Assembly (NCBI GenBank): GCA_017517745.1
Contig: JAFWYJ010000047.1
Span: 2,150 to 66,149, forward strand
Direction of reading: 5' to 3'
Source: Clostridia bacterium
GTDB taxonomy: Bacteria; Bacillota; Clostridia; Oscillospirales; CAG-272
Length of the DNA: 64,000 nucleotides
Below, in pieces: positions 1 through 10,500 of the stretch. Made by a program: the position numbers and the translations under genes. The notes below the pieces were generated by a model. That model was not told the DNA's origin and did not search any database. It saw only the letters and a program-made list of their open reading frames with translations. Position 1 is the first letter of the stretch. Every line of letters starts with the position of its first letter.

Positions 1-64
1 TGTGACTGGTATTGATTCTTCCGAATCTGCAAAGACTAATTCTATTAAGATTCGGAGGACGTAT

Positions 65-1363
65 ATGGAATCGGTATGGGAGAAAACAGCGTCAAAGCCG
101 CGGTTTGACGCTCTTAACGGAAATAAAAAGACCGCAGTTCTAATCATCGGCGGCGGGATTGCGGGCATCTTGTGCGCTTATAAACTCAAAAACGCGGGTG
201 TGGATTGTATGCTGGTAGAGGCGACGGAAATCTGCGGCGGCATTACGAAAAACACCACGGCGAAGATCACGCTCGGGCATGGCTTGATCTACGACAAGAT
301 AATCAAACGCTTTGGAGAGGACAAGGCGCGGCTGTATGCGGAGGCGCAAAGCAAGGCGATCAAGCAATATGCCCGACTTTGCGAGGATATTGGCTGCGAC
401 TATGAAACGCAGAATAACTACGTTTATTCCATAACTGATAGAAAAAAGATCGAAAAGGAGGTCGTTGCCCTTAACCGCCTCGGTGTGAAAGCCGATTTTT
501 CGGATGCGAACGAGTTGCCTTTTAAGGTGGCAGGCGCGGTTCGCGTGAAAGATCAAGCGCAGTTTCACCCATTGAAATTTTTATATACAATCGCAAAAGA
601 TCTGCCGATATACGAGAATACAAAGGTCACAGAACTAATGCCGTACAAGGCAAAAACCAACCGCGGCGAGATTGCTTTCAAAAAGTTGATTATCGCAACC
701 CATTTTCCGATGCTCAACAAGCACGGACTGTATTCCTTAAAGCTCTATCAGCACCGTTCCTATGTCATAGCCCTCAAGGGTGCGCAGAATGTCAGCGGTA
801 TGTACGTGGACGAATCGGACACGGGGTTGTCCTTCCGAAGCTACGGAGACCTGTTGCTCCTCGGTGGTGGCGGACACCGCACAGGCAAGAAGGGCGGATG
901 TTGGCAAGAGCTTGAAGATTTTGCCTGCAAGCACTACAAAAACGCCGAGATTGTCGGCGAATGGGCAACGCAGGATTGCATGACGCTGGACGACGTTCCC
1001 TATATCGGGCAGTATTCAAAATCTACCCCCGCCGTGTTCGTTGCGACGGGCTTTAATAAATGGGGTATGACAAGCGCCATGGTTGCTGCCGAACTTCTCT
1101 GCGACCTCGTGCAAGGCAAGGTGAATCCCTACGCAGCCGTTTTCGATCCTTCGCGCACCGTCCTGCGCTCACAGCTTGCCGTCAATGCTTTTGAATCGAC
1201 GGTAGGAATTCTCACCCCCACCGCGCCACGCTGCCCCCACCTCGGCTGCGCCCTCAAATACAACCGCGCCGAGCATACGTGGGATTGCCCATGCCACGGC
1301 TCACGCTTCACCGAGGGCGGTCAGCTTATCGACAACCCCGCAACCGATGACAAAAAGATGTAA
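65..1363 (+). CDS. FAD-dependent oxidoreductase with C-terminal Rieske [2Fe-2S] domain
   Basis: ORF 2..1363. Dinucleotide-binding motif VLIIGGGIAGILCA near the N-terminus. Rieske boxes CPHLGC and CPCHGS at the C-terminus. GGAGGA lies 6 nt upstream of the ATG at 65, so that start is preferred over the GTG at 2. Confidence 0.8.
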   Translation: MESVWEKTASKPRFDALNGNKKTAVLIIGGGIAGILCAYKLKNAGVDCMLVEATEICGGITKNTTAKITLGHGLIYDKIIKRFGEDKARLYAEAQSKAIKQYARLCEDIGCDYETQNNYVYSITDRKKIEKEVVALNRLGVKADFSDANELPFKVAGAVRVKDQAQFHPLKFLYTIAKDLPIYENTKVTELMPYKAKTNRGEIAFKKLIIATHFPMLNKHGLYSLKLYQHRSYVIALKGAQNVSGMYVDESDTGLSFRSYGDLLLLGGGGHRTGKKGGCWQELEDFACKHYKNAEIVGEWATQDCMTLDDVPYIGQYSKSTPAVFVATGFNKWGMTSAMVAAELLCDLVQGKVNPYAAVFDPSRTVLRSQLAVNAFESTVGILTPTAPRCPHLGCALKYNRAEHTWDCPCHGSRFTEGGQLIDNPATDDKKM

Positions 1364-1374
1364 CATTTAATCAC

Positions 1375-1415
1375 TTTTCCGACGATTGTTGAAATATTTT
1401 TCCGACGATTGTTGA
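1375..1415. repeat. Tandem direct repeat TTTTCCGACGATTGTTGA x2 (23-bp period) at the left edge of the AT-rich island
   Basis: Identical 18-mers at 1375..1392 and 1398..1415, read directly. They start 12 nt after the stop of the Rieske gene. Confidence 0.85.
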
Positions 1416-1430
1416 TAAACGCTCTTTTTT

Positions 1431-1476
1431 CGGCTAATTTTAAGAATTCTTATAAATTAGCCGAAGTTTTTCTTTT
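1431..1476 (+). terminator. Intrinsic terminator after the Rieske oxidoreductase gene
   Basis: Stem CGGCTAATTT (1431-1440) pairs with AAATTAGCCG (1454-1463), followed by a T-rich run. Confidence 0.6.
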
Positions 1477-1640
1477 TATACCTTGACCGTTCCACGTCCC
1501 ATACTCATTTTGAAATTGCAACAAATTATAAATCTCAGCTTTATTGGTAGAATGAGTCTGGTATAAATACATTTCCGAGGGCGACCGCCTCGGCAGTCTT
1601 TTTCTCTCAATTACTCACAGTGTTCCAAACACCATATATG

Positions 1641-1855
1641 ACATAAAAACAGCAAAATTTTTATGTAAAAATGATTCAAAAAATCGATGTTCAAAATACA
1701 TAAGTTCTTTCAGAGCAAATACAAGGTAATATAAGGTTTTTTGAGAGAATAAATAAGATTTTTACGGCAAAGCAGGCTTACAATATGCCGCAATTTTGTC
1801 CCAGCCAACATTCATTTGTGAGTGCAATTCACGACCCGGGCAGTCCTCACAATTC
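1641..1855 (-). repeat. Island junction repeat copy R1 (hairpins plus CCCGGGCAGTCCTCACAATTC box)
   Basis: Shares TTTTTATGTAAAAA, TTTCAGAGCA, the TTACGGCA/TGCCGCAA hairpin (1762-1769 / 1786-1793) and the box at 1835..1855 (20/21 identical to the R2 and R4 box). Confidence 0.8.
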
Positions 1856-2260
1856 TGTCAAATCCTGCACATTCCTAAAATGAGTCTGAGACACAATCGC
1901 GCACTTCTCGGCATTTCTTATACTTGCAAACAATTTTAATGCTCTATGCTTCCCTGTACAAAACTCACGACCATCTTTCTCGTATTCCGATGATAAAACA
2001 CCTTGAATACCACATGCAACCTCAGCAATGTAACTTATTATATCCAAAGTATCATTTCAAAGTATCAATTTGACACTTTGGAATCTCTATGTTTGATTTG
2101 AAACTTAGGTGCAAATCACCTAACTTTGCACTCAAATTCTCCATATTCATTTTGGATTCGTCCATACCGAGATGAAAACCGTACCAGAAATCAAATTTGG
2201 AATCGGTCTGATATGCGAGCGTTGTAGGAATACCCTCCACCCGGCAGTCTTCTGCGATTC
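1847..2260 (-). pseudogene. Decayed gene of unknown function, the most complete copy of the gene whose 3' end forms the island repeat family
   Basis: ORFs 2052..2240 and 1847..2047 become one frame if a 13-nt tandem duplication (GATACTTTGAAAT, minus strand, about 2040-2065) is removed. A further frameshift precedes a C-terminal NCEDCPGR reading across the box. The 5' end is cut by a stop just upstream of a second box copy at 2240..2260. Confidence 0.5.
2240..2260 (-). repeat. Degenerate extra copy of the 21-bp box (CCCGGCAGTCTTCTGCGATTC)
   Basis: Aligns to CCCGGGCAGTCTTCACAATTC with one deletion and three mismatches. On the minus strand it reads IAEDCR, versus NCEDCPG for the other copies. 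Confidence 0.55.
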
Positions 2261-2307
2261 TTTTAATACGACAAATCTATTGTTCGGACAAACCAATATA
2301 AACGAAA

Positions 2308-2344
2308 AGCCTGAACAGAGTACTTTTCTTGTACTGTTCAGGCT
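2308..2344 (-). terminator. Bidirectional stem-loop terminator downstream of the helicase-fusion gene
   Basis: AGCCTGAACAG..GTAC / GTACTGTTCAGGCT stem with a 2-nt bulge. A/T runs lie on both sides. Confidence 0.65.
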
Positions 2345-2356
2345 TCATTTTTGAAA

Positions 2357-5300
2357 TTATTGTAGATTCAGTTTCTTTCGGATAATTTCCAAACTTCTTT
2401 GAGTTGTATCCTCTTGCTTAAAACTTTCCACAATTTCTTCCATGATTTCAGAACTCCAATAAATCTTCAGTTTTTTCTTTGCCCTTGTAATTGCGGTATA
2501 GAAAATTCCATGAGTGATTTTTTCAGAGTTGCTTTTAGGAATAATAACTTTTACCGAATCATATTCCAAACCTTGTGCTTTGTGAATAGAAACAGCGTAT
2601 GCAAGTTGAAAAGGAATTACAGAATACATCCGATCCTCATCATTTGCATATTCAACAGAATCATCATGGGCGTACACGATAAATCTAATGCGCGTTGATT
2701 CTTCCGCTGCAGAGATAAAATCAATTCCTTCCTTCTCACAAAGATCTTTTGTTAAGTTCGTTGCAACATCAATCGTAAAAGATATATCCTTGCTTCGTTT
2801 TTCGATGTTGATAATAGTACCTTTTAGATTGTTGTAAAGGATGGAAAATCGTTGTGAGTCATTGAACAAAATGTGATCTCCAATTTTATAAGTCCATTCT
2901 TGCCATGTAACTGGTTCTCCACACGAATTGTCATTTTGAAAATAACTATTCATATTGTTCAACCCAAATTTACCATCATAATTCAAACACAAAACAACTT
3001 CGTCTTTATCCTTTTCTTCAAAAATTTTCTCACCAATTTCTTCAGAAAACGGACCATCCATAGCTAACTTTTCAACTATCAACTCGCCGCGATTTCTAAC
3101 ATCATCCCATAGACTAACAATATCCGGGTCTTTTGTTCGCCATGTATTTAATAATTCAACATTTGCTCCGTACGTATTGATTATGTCTTTTGCATAGAAA
3201 AACCAGTTTCCAAAATCAATAGATTCGATCTGATGAATGTCTCCGGCAAGCACTAAAAACGTATTCGGATTTATTTTTTTGAGGAATTCACACATCGTTC
3301 GATTATCAATGGTGCTGCACTCATCAACAAAAATAACATCATAATCGGTGAGGGTTACTTTCTTTGTAAAGCTGTCAATGCTTACGAATTCAGAGTCGGC
3401 ACCAGGATTGTCAATGCGTCTTTGTAAATTCTGTTTTGCAGTATGTGTTTTTGTGAGAAAGAGTTTCTTTTGCTTTGCCATCAAGTTCGATATATAATTA
3501 AGGAGCAGCGTTTTGCCCGTTCCGGCGGCGCCATAAATTAAAAGAATATGGGAGTTAACAAAAACATTTTGTAGAGCTACCCTCTTTAAATCATCCTCGA
3601 AAACAATACCACAGTTTCTTAGATATGTTTGATTAAACTCTTTTTGTCCGGGGTTATCAAGTTTTGAAAGTTCTAATAACTTGGATAAAATGCTTAGAGT
3701 GGTTTGTTCATATGATTCAATAGACACCAATCCATTGTTGATATTGATTTCGTATCCTTGAGCACGTTCCCAATCATCAAGGCACTTATTATACGTAATA
3801 ATTTGTTCTTCGCTTGCAATAGAATCGATATCAAAGAAAATTTCACCTGTTTTACCGATTTGACTTTGAATTTTTAAATACGGTTGAACAGTTTCAAGAT
3901 TAGCTCCTCCTGTTACATCTAAAATATTTCTAAAATTGCTTTCACCGCTTGTGTTGCTGCCAAAAAGATTAGAGATAAAAGGATTTTTTTCGAATGGGTA
4001 ACACCTGGTTGACAACCTTAAATTTGGTGACAACATCTTTCTTGCTCCAGGCCAAGGTTGCACTTTTTCGAGAGTTTCTTCTCGCAGATTGATAAGGAGA
4101 TATCTAACCGTGTTGCGACCAAATTCAAGAGAATCTTTTGAATAAGATTCTCTCAATTTTATCAGTACTTCTTTGAAATACGACGTGTTTGCATTGCAAT
4201 AAATTAAATCCACAATTTTAGAAAATGAAACTTCTTTTAAGTCAATTAGATCAAGCAAGTTGATACCAGACTCAGTTAGAAATCTCATAAGAGAATTGTA
4301 CTCGATGTAGTTTGAAGATATTGTCGTACGAATGTACAATATTTTTGCCAATTTATTAAGTGCGGACGGCTCAATTGCTACACCCCAATTAGTTATTATC
4401 TTGATTGTGGAAGCTACTCCCCACAAATCTAATTTTGCATTGATATATGCGATTTGTACCGAATAGTTAGTTGTAATGTTTTCTTTTGTATAAGCGGTGA
4501 TTCGGTTATACTTTGTTGCATATACACCAGCCAATTGCAGTGTAACCTCGTAATATCTTTCTTTCCCAACAAAGAATGGTGTCTTTTTTACAACATAAAA
4601 TTTTGAACCACTTAACTTTTGCGGAAGAATCTCTACAGATTTTATTACATCTGCAATTTGCTCATAATATTTCGTATCCGTTTTATCTATATGCAATGGG
4701 AATTTTTCTAAATTGTGTAGTACTGATATTCCATACTCTTTATAAAGGAAATCTCTAATTTGCCACAAAAAATTATAATATTTGAGCATTAATCGCTCTG
4801 ATTGTCCTTCATCCGGTTCTCGATCCTCAATATATTTAAGACCTTTTAGAAATGTAGCAAGATATTTCGTCTCCACCTTCAATAATGCTTGTTCCCAAGC
4901 TAACTGTAGGTTTGTTTGAGTATTTCCCAATCGCAACGAATTCAACAGCAAGGCAGAACGACACATATCGTATAGACGCGGTAAAATGTAATGAGAAACG
5001 TCGTCTCTGGTATATTCGGGATCATCTATAAGGTCTATGCCAGACGTTATATACTTATCACAAGCAGCAATAATCTTATCAATTTCACTTCTGCAAAGGT
5101 CTTTCTCGCTCAATTTGTTTACGAAAGAATGGCGTGCGGTGATTAATTCAAGTTTTTTGCAAAAAGAAACAATGCTATCTTCGGTATCAAAGATTTCTTC
5201 ATCCGCAGAGAAACTAATCGTAGCACTTTTCCTGTTGAAATCCAGCGAGTTAATAAAGTCTACTGACATGTACTTCCAAAACACTCTTTTTTTGCCTCGT

Positions 5301-5665
5301 TCATCTGGATTGAGCACAACAAAGAGAATTCCAGGATCTAATGTTACGCTTGTTGCAATATATGCCGGGAAAGCCAAACTGCGCAATGAATATTTAACGA
5401 TACCATCATTCTCTGTATAATCATGTGTTCCTTTAATTTGCACGTAAAAAGACTGCACAGGACGTCTGCACAAGTCGGGATTAGGGACAAGCTCAAAAAA
5501 ACCGTCTGTGTTTGGCCATTTGTCATTTTTTGAAAAATCACAATTGATTCTTCCGTTAGAATTAAGAAAAGACTCCAGTGTTGTAACAGCTGCAACATCT
5601 TCTGCTGATTGCTCAGTATGAGTTTTTACATGTACATCTATGATTTCTTTTGATTGTGATAACAT
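2357..5665 (-). CDS. Large fusion protein: N-terminal DUF4365-like (PD-(D/E)xK-type) module, about 500-aa helical middle region, C-terminal SF1 (RecD/AAA_30 + UvrD_C_2-like) helicase. Nhi-like architecture.
   Basis: 1102-aa ORF. N-terminus TDGFFELV...SFYVQIKGT resembles the D..E.K nuclease-like core. Helicase motifs: Walker A GAAGTGKT, Walker B FVDECS, GDIHQ, and C-terminal SIHKAQGLEYDSV and YTAITRAKKKL. Confidence 0.75.
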   Translation of the reverse strand: MLSQSKEIIDVHVKTHTEQSAEDVAAVTTLESFLNSNGRINCDFSKNDKWPNTDGFFELVPNPDLCRRPVQSFYVQIKGTHDYTENDGIVKYSLRSLAFPAYIATSVTLDPGILFVVLNPDERGKKRVFWKYMSVDFINSLDFNRKSATISFSADEEIFDTEDSIVSFCKKLELITARHSFVNKLSEKDLCRSEIDKIIAACDKYITSGIDLIDDPEYTRDDVSHYILPRLYDMCRSALLLNSLRLGNTQTNLQLAWEQALLKVETKYLATFLKGLKYIEDREPDEGQSERLMLKYYNFLWQIRDFLYKEYGISVLHNLEKFPLHIDKTDTKYYEQIADVIKSVEILPQKLSGSKFYVVKKTPFFVGKERYYEVTLQLAGVYATKYNRITAYTKENITTNYSVQIAYINAKLDLWGVASTIKIITNWGVAIEPSALNKLAKILYIRTTISSNYIEYNSLMRFLTESGINLLDLIDLKEVSFSKIVDLIYCNANTSYFKEVLIKLRESYSKDSLEFGRNTVRYLLINLREETLEKVQPWPGARKMLSPNLRLSTRCYPFEKNPFISNLFGSNTSGESNFRNILDVTGGANLETVQPYLKIQSQIGKTGEIFFDIDSIASEEQIITYNKCLDDWERAQGYEININNGLVSIESYEQTTLSILSKLLELSKLDNPGQKEFNQTYLRNCGIVFEDDLKRVALQNVFVNSHILLIYGAAGTGKTLLLNYISNLMAKQKKLFLTKTHTAKQNLQRRIDNPGADSEFVSIDSFTKKVTLTDYDVIFVDECSTIDNRTMCEFLKKINPNTFLVLAGDIHQIESIDFGNWFFYAKDIINTYGANVELLNTWRTKDPDIVSLWDDVRNRGELIVEKLAMDGPFSEEIGEKIFEEKDKDEVVLCLNYDGKFGLNNMNSYFQNDNSCGEPVTWQEWTYKIGDHILFNDSQRFSILYNNLKGTIINIEKRSKDISFTIDVATNLTKDLCEKEGIDFISAAEESTRIRFIVYAHDDSVEYANDEDRMYSVIPFQLAYAVSIHKAQGLEYDSVKVIIPKSNSEKITHGIFYTAITRAKKKLKIYWSSEIMEEIVESFKQEDTTQRSLEIIRKKLNLQ

Positions 5666-5777
5666 ACTTATATTTCTCCTTATCGAGCTATCAACTTAAA
5701 TATTTTGGAAATAGAAAACACTTATGATAAACGTGTTAAAAACCTTTTGTGTAAGCCCTATCACAATTAACAAACAT

Positions 5778-6860
5778 TTATTTCTTTCTAAAAGGTTTGT
5801 TTTGATATAAAACTACAGCATCTTGATCGTTGTCTATTATATCTTTTACATCACGATAAATAAGTTTCTTTTTGTGTATGGCATAATCCATTAGTGGAAC
5901 AATTTGTCCCGTTTTTTCATTAAGAATCGCGGGGGCTAAATAATATTCATTGAATTCATAATATATTTCTTTGAATAGATTATAATTTTTAAAATTATCA
6001 GTGGGATTAGCTCTTATAATTCTTGAAACATTGAGAATCATTGTTTCGTCGATAACACATCCCTGTGATTCAGCACGTTTGATTGCTTCGTCAAGGTTAG
6101 TTCCAACAACAACATAATATCCTTTCTCTTCATTAGGAACATCTCCTTCGATTAATGATATACGTATGTCATCATTTACATCATTTTTTCCAACGCTCGC
6201 AATCCAATCTGAAAATATCTTTTTAGCATACCTCTCATTGCAAAAAGGGAGTAATAATGTAGGCAAATCTGTATACCCAACACAAAAACCTGCCCCACGC
6301 CAAACCGCTTTATCCCATGTTTTTATGTCAATAAGAGATGTTACAAACAAAGTTTTTCTTTCCTTTTTAGGTAAAGGTCGTAGTTTCCCCAAAGGCGGTT
6401 TTTCACTTGTCTTGACGCCTCTTAAACGCCAATATAACTTATCAAAGCCTTTGTCGGAACTTACATTGTAATATGTAGCTCCTTGAATTGGAGTAGGAAT
6501 ATACTTTAAATCATCTTCTTCGAAAACAACGGGGATAAACCGATTATTATCAGAACCAGACATGTATAGTTTCTGATAAATAATATTGCTTTCCCATTTT
6601 ACACCTTTGCCTCCGTCTGTTTTACCCAAAACTTTCTGCTGGTAACCAGAAGAACCAATGATGATTACAAAGTCAGATTCTTCAATTTGTCTTTCCATCC
6701 ATCTTGGCCACCCTTCGGACGGAGACTCTTCGTATTGATCCAACGAAGTATCTATTCCTTCTTGTCTAAGATGATTGGAGAATTGTAAAACCTGGTCCGC
6801 AAACTCTACTGAGTCTTGCGAATAACTGATAAAAACTTTAGGATTATAGTTTTCTTCCAT
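5778..6860 (-). CDS. TIR-domain protein with about 190-aa uncharacterised C-terminal domain
   Basis: 360-aa ORF. N-terminus KVFISYSQDS...SDFVIIIGSSGY is a typical bacterial TIR/SEFIR-like beta-alpha core. Starts 18 nt after the M48 peptidase stop, with an AAAGGGA RBS. Confidence 0.7.
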   Translation of the reverse strand: MEENYNPKVFISYSQDSVEFADQVLQFSNHLRQEGIDTSLDQYEESPSEGWPRWMERQIEESDFVIIIGSSGYQQKVLGKTDGGKGVKWESNIIYQKLYMSGSDNNRFIPVVFEEDDLKYIPTPIQGATYYNVSSDKGFDKLYWRLRGVKTSEKPPLGKLRPLPKKERKTLFVTSLIDIKTWDKAVWRGAGFCVGYTDLPTLLLPFCNERYAKKIFSDWIASVGKNDVNDDIRISLIEGDVPNEEKGYYVVVGTNLDEAIKRAESQGCVIDETMILNVSRIIRANPTDNFKNYNLFKEIYYEFNEYYLAPAILNEKTGQIVPLMDYAIHKKKLIYRDVKDIIDNDQDAVVLYQNKPFRKK

Positions 6861-6878
6861 GCTATAAATGTCCCTTTC

Positions 6879-7541
6879 TCAAAGAATTTCCATTATTTTT
6901 CGGTTTGCTTTCAACCAGTTTTGTTCCAATTCAAACTTCGGAAGAACAGTTCTTACCCTCACCCAAAATTGTTTACTGTGGTTTTGGTAATCAATGTGAC
7001 TTAATTCGTGAACAACGACATAATCAATAACAGACATGGGGCACATTACTAATCTCCAAGCAAAATTCAAGGAATTATTTTGGCTACAGGAGCCCCATCT
7101 GTGCTTTGCATCTGTTATCTTTATGGAAGTTGCTTGTACTCCCATCAGCTTCGAATAGCGTTCAACCCGCTCTGAAATAATAAACAATGCTTGTTTTTTC
7201 AAATACTCAGTTAAAACATCTTTCGAATGTTCTGAATTTGGCAACTTGATTACTTTGCCATCGAAGGCGACATCTTGAGTTTCACAAAGCTCAACGATAT
7301 AATCTTCACCAACAAAAGGAACAACATCGCCCGTTGACATCGTTATTGAAGAATACTTCTCGTCAAAAGTCGCTACACTATTTATTTTTTTAGAAATCCA
7401 CCCTTGCTTTTCAGCAACAAACGAGTTGATTTCCATAGTGCTTGCAATGTGCGGAGCTCTGACGATCAATTCTCCATTTGTATTAACAACCAAAGCAATT
7501 GTTTTTCTATTGCTACGAATTATTTGTTTTGGTTCTATCAT
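6879..7541 (-). CDS. M48/YgjP-like (DUF45) zinc metallopeptidase associated with type I R-M
   Basis: HELSH zinc motif (VVHELSHI). The ATG at 7541 overlaps the hsdR TGA as ATGA. This family commonly follows hsdR. Confidence 0.8.
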   Translation of the reverse strand: MIEPKQIIRSNRKTIALVVNTNGELIVRAPHIASTMEINSFVAEKQGWISKKINSVATFDEKYSSITMSTGDVVPFVGEDYIVELCETQDVAFDGKVIKLPNSEHSKDVLTEYLKKQALFIISERVERYSKLMGVQATSIKITDAKHRWGSCSQNNSLNFAWRLVMCPMSVIDYVVVHELSHIDYQNHSKQFWVRVRTVLPKFELEQNWLKANRKIMEIL

Positions 7542-10500
7542 AATTCGTTCCTTCCATAGTGGCAATATGCCAATTCCATGATCTTTTGAGCTATATTCTT
7601 ACGATTGCTGAAAACTGACGGAATTGAACTGAACAAAGGATTTCTCAGCAGAACATTGATAATGTATGTACGCAATTGCTTTTGAAGAGAAATATTGCCC
7701 CAGAAATTGATAGCACTTGTATTCTTCTTAATGGTGCACAAAATATCGGTAACAATATCCTTGAGTTGATTGAAGTCCTGTTCGGACAAATCCTCGTATG
7801 ACTTATCTCCGAAGATCTCTTTTTTTACTAATGCAAAGAAAGGCATCTCAGTTTTAGGATCAAAGCCATATGTGTTTTCACGCTCACGTCCAAGTATAAT
7901 ATCTTCCTGACGCATTTTTTCAAGAGCTGCGTAAAGATCGTTCCAATTGTCTTTTAGAAGTTGCAATATCTTATCCAATTTATCGCTCATTCTATCAAAG
8001 AATTCGGGGTCTTTAGGCTGATTAATATTGATATACTCTCTAATTGCGTAAGTTAATTCATCACACTTTTGGCGAACAGACTTTGTGCCCTTGTCTTTTA
8101 CCCCAAATTCGGGTGACAAAATAGAAACAGGCGGTATCTTGGGGTCAACTCCGTTAACCTTCAAGTATTCTTCAACAATTGCCCTTACTTTGTCACTTGC
8201 ATCATGCATGGAAAATCGAGGATCTCGGCAACTGTTGGCTACCGATTGGCGTATAAACGACAGCATTTTGTAGTCGTTTTTGTAATCCAATGCTGCAGGA
8301 TCGGGCAAAACTCTGTCAAACAACTTTGAAATTTGCCTGAACAGTGCATTGAATTTTTCGCGCAATTCGGGATCAGCAACAAGCTCCTGAATAATCAGCG
8401 GAGCTTCATCAATTGATTTTGCTCCAATATTATCTCGTATAAATTGCTTCATAGTCAAGAAAAAAGTGTGAAGCTTATCGATATCTTCTTCTTTCTTCTG
8501 CAAGACATCCAACATTTCTTCAATGTCAGGGTCTGCATATTTTGACAAAGCGGATTTAAGATGATTGGTAACACCAATATAGTCAACCACATAACCGCAT
8601 TTTTTATTATTTCCGCAGGTTCTGTTAACTCTTGCTATAGCTTGAAGCAGATTGTGATCTCTTATCACTTGATCGAGATACATAACCTGCTCAACGGGCG
8701 CATCAAATCCGGTTAACAGCATACTTTTAACGATAATAATACCGTAATTACTGTCGTTACCGTGTTCATCTTCTTCACCGAACTGCATCTTAAATCCAGC
8801 AATGATATTATCGTTTCTCGATTCATCTGCAAACTCTTTCAAATGAGGCTTATCGTTATTTGAAGAAGATATGATACAAGCCGCTTTTAGCTTCTCCAAC
8901 AATTCAATATTCACATTGTTGGGATTGCTTTCTTTCAACTCTGCAATTTTGATTGGCAAAAGTTCATTGATAGCACAATAGTAGCGATATGCTGCCTCTC
9001 TTGAGTAAGCAACAATTTGTGCCTTGAATCCGTTAACAAAAACAGTGTTGATGTAGTGATTCAACATATCGTTTGCTTTATTACGGATAACAGCCTTGTC
9101 CTCAAGATATGCTTTCAATACTGTTTTATTCAAAAGCATTTCTTGTTCTTCCGAAGTAATCATGCCGAATATATCGGCGAATTTTTCATTCATTGCTTCG
9201 GGATCTGTAATCTCACTCTCGGTGGCTCTGCCCTCGTATTTGATTTCAACAACGACTTCATCTTCCACCGCTTGACGCATGGAATAAGTATCTATATATC
9301 CACCAAAGGTTTCTGCCGTTTTGTCGATGGGCGTTCCAGTAAATGCAACCTTGACGGAATTCGGCATGGATTTCCACATGTTAGCCGCAAGATCACTATA
9401 TTGGCTTCTATGAGCTTCGTCAATCATCAACAAAATATTGGATGATTCATTGAGAACGGGGAAGCTTGTTTCTTCGCCACGCTCTCCAAACTTATGCACC
9501 ATTGCAATGGTGATGTCAGAAGCTGTATTTTGTATCAGTTTACGAAGACCTTCACTACTTTTTGCAACATGGCAAGTGTACTTTACGCTACTACTTGTCT
9601 TATATAATTGCTTTTGCAAGTCTGTGCGGTCAAGCAGCAAAACGATTTTGTAGTTCGCAAGATCCGCAGAATTGTACATTTTTCGGATAACGAACATCAT
9701 GGTAAGCGATTTGCCGCTACCTTGTGTATGCCAAACCGTACCGCCTTTATTAAAGGTGTTTTCGCCGTTGCGTAACCGTTCAATGATCTTTCTTGCACCA
9801 CGATATTGTTGGTATCTTGCTACGATTTTTAGAGTACGACCTTCATCATCTTCTTTATAAACGGTATAGTTCTGCAAAATATCCATGAAATTGGAAGGAG
9901 AAAGCATTCCTTGAATCAGTATTTCTTGACTCGAGGGAGCTCTGCCTTCTACGATGTCAGAGAGACGATAGGGATAAGGATCTTTCCACTCGATATAGTG
10001 TGCGTGTTTTCCCGTAATTGTTGAATAGCGTGCTTCATTAAACGACGTCGATATCATGAACTGATTATAAAAGAACAGTTCGGGAACACCTTCAGCTTCA
10101 GCAGCACCGCGACGATCCTGATATCTCATCAATTGCTCGATGCCTTCATGAATCGGATCGGTAATTCCGGGGGACTTACATTCGATTACAACCAGAGGCA
10201 AACCATTAACGAACAGTACGATATCGGGAATAATATGTGCACCGATTCCAGGGATTTGAATTTTATACTGCGAAATAGCAAGATAGCTATTAAGCGTATT
10301 ATTGGGATCAAAATGATCCACATCAGAGAAATCAATAACACGCACAGGACAATTTACTTCTCCCGTTTCTTCATTGAACGCGGAAAAGCCCAGTGTTATT
10401 CTGTCAAAAACCTCAACATTGGCGTCCAATAGGTTTCTTGAAGAATACTGTTGCATTTCCATCACAAGATCATCTGCTTGTGCATCGGTGAGCCAAGGGT

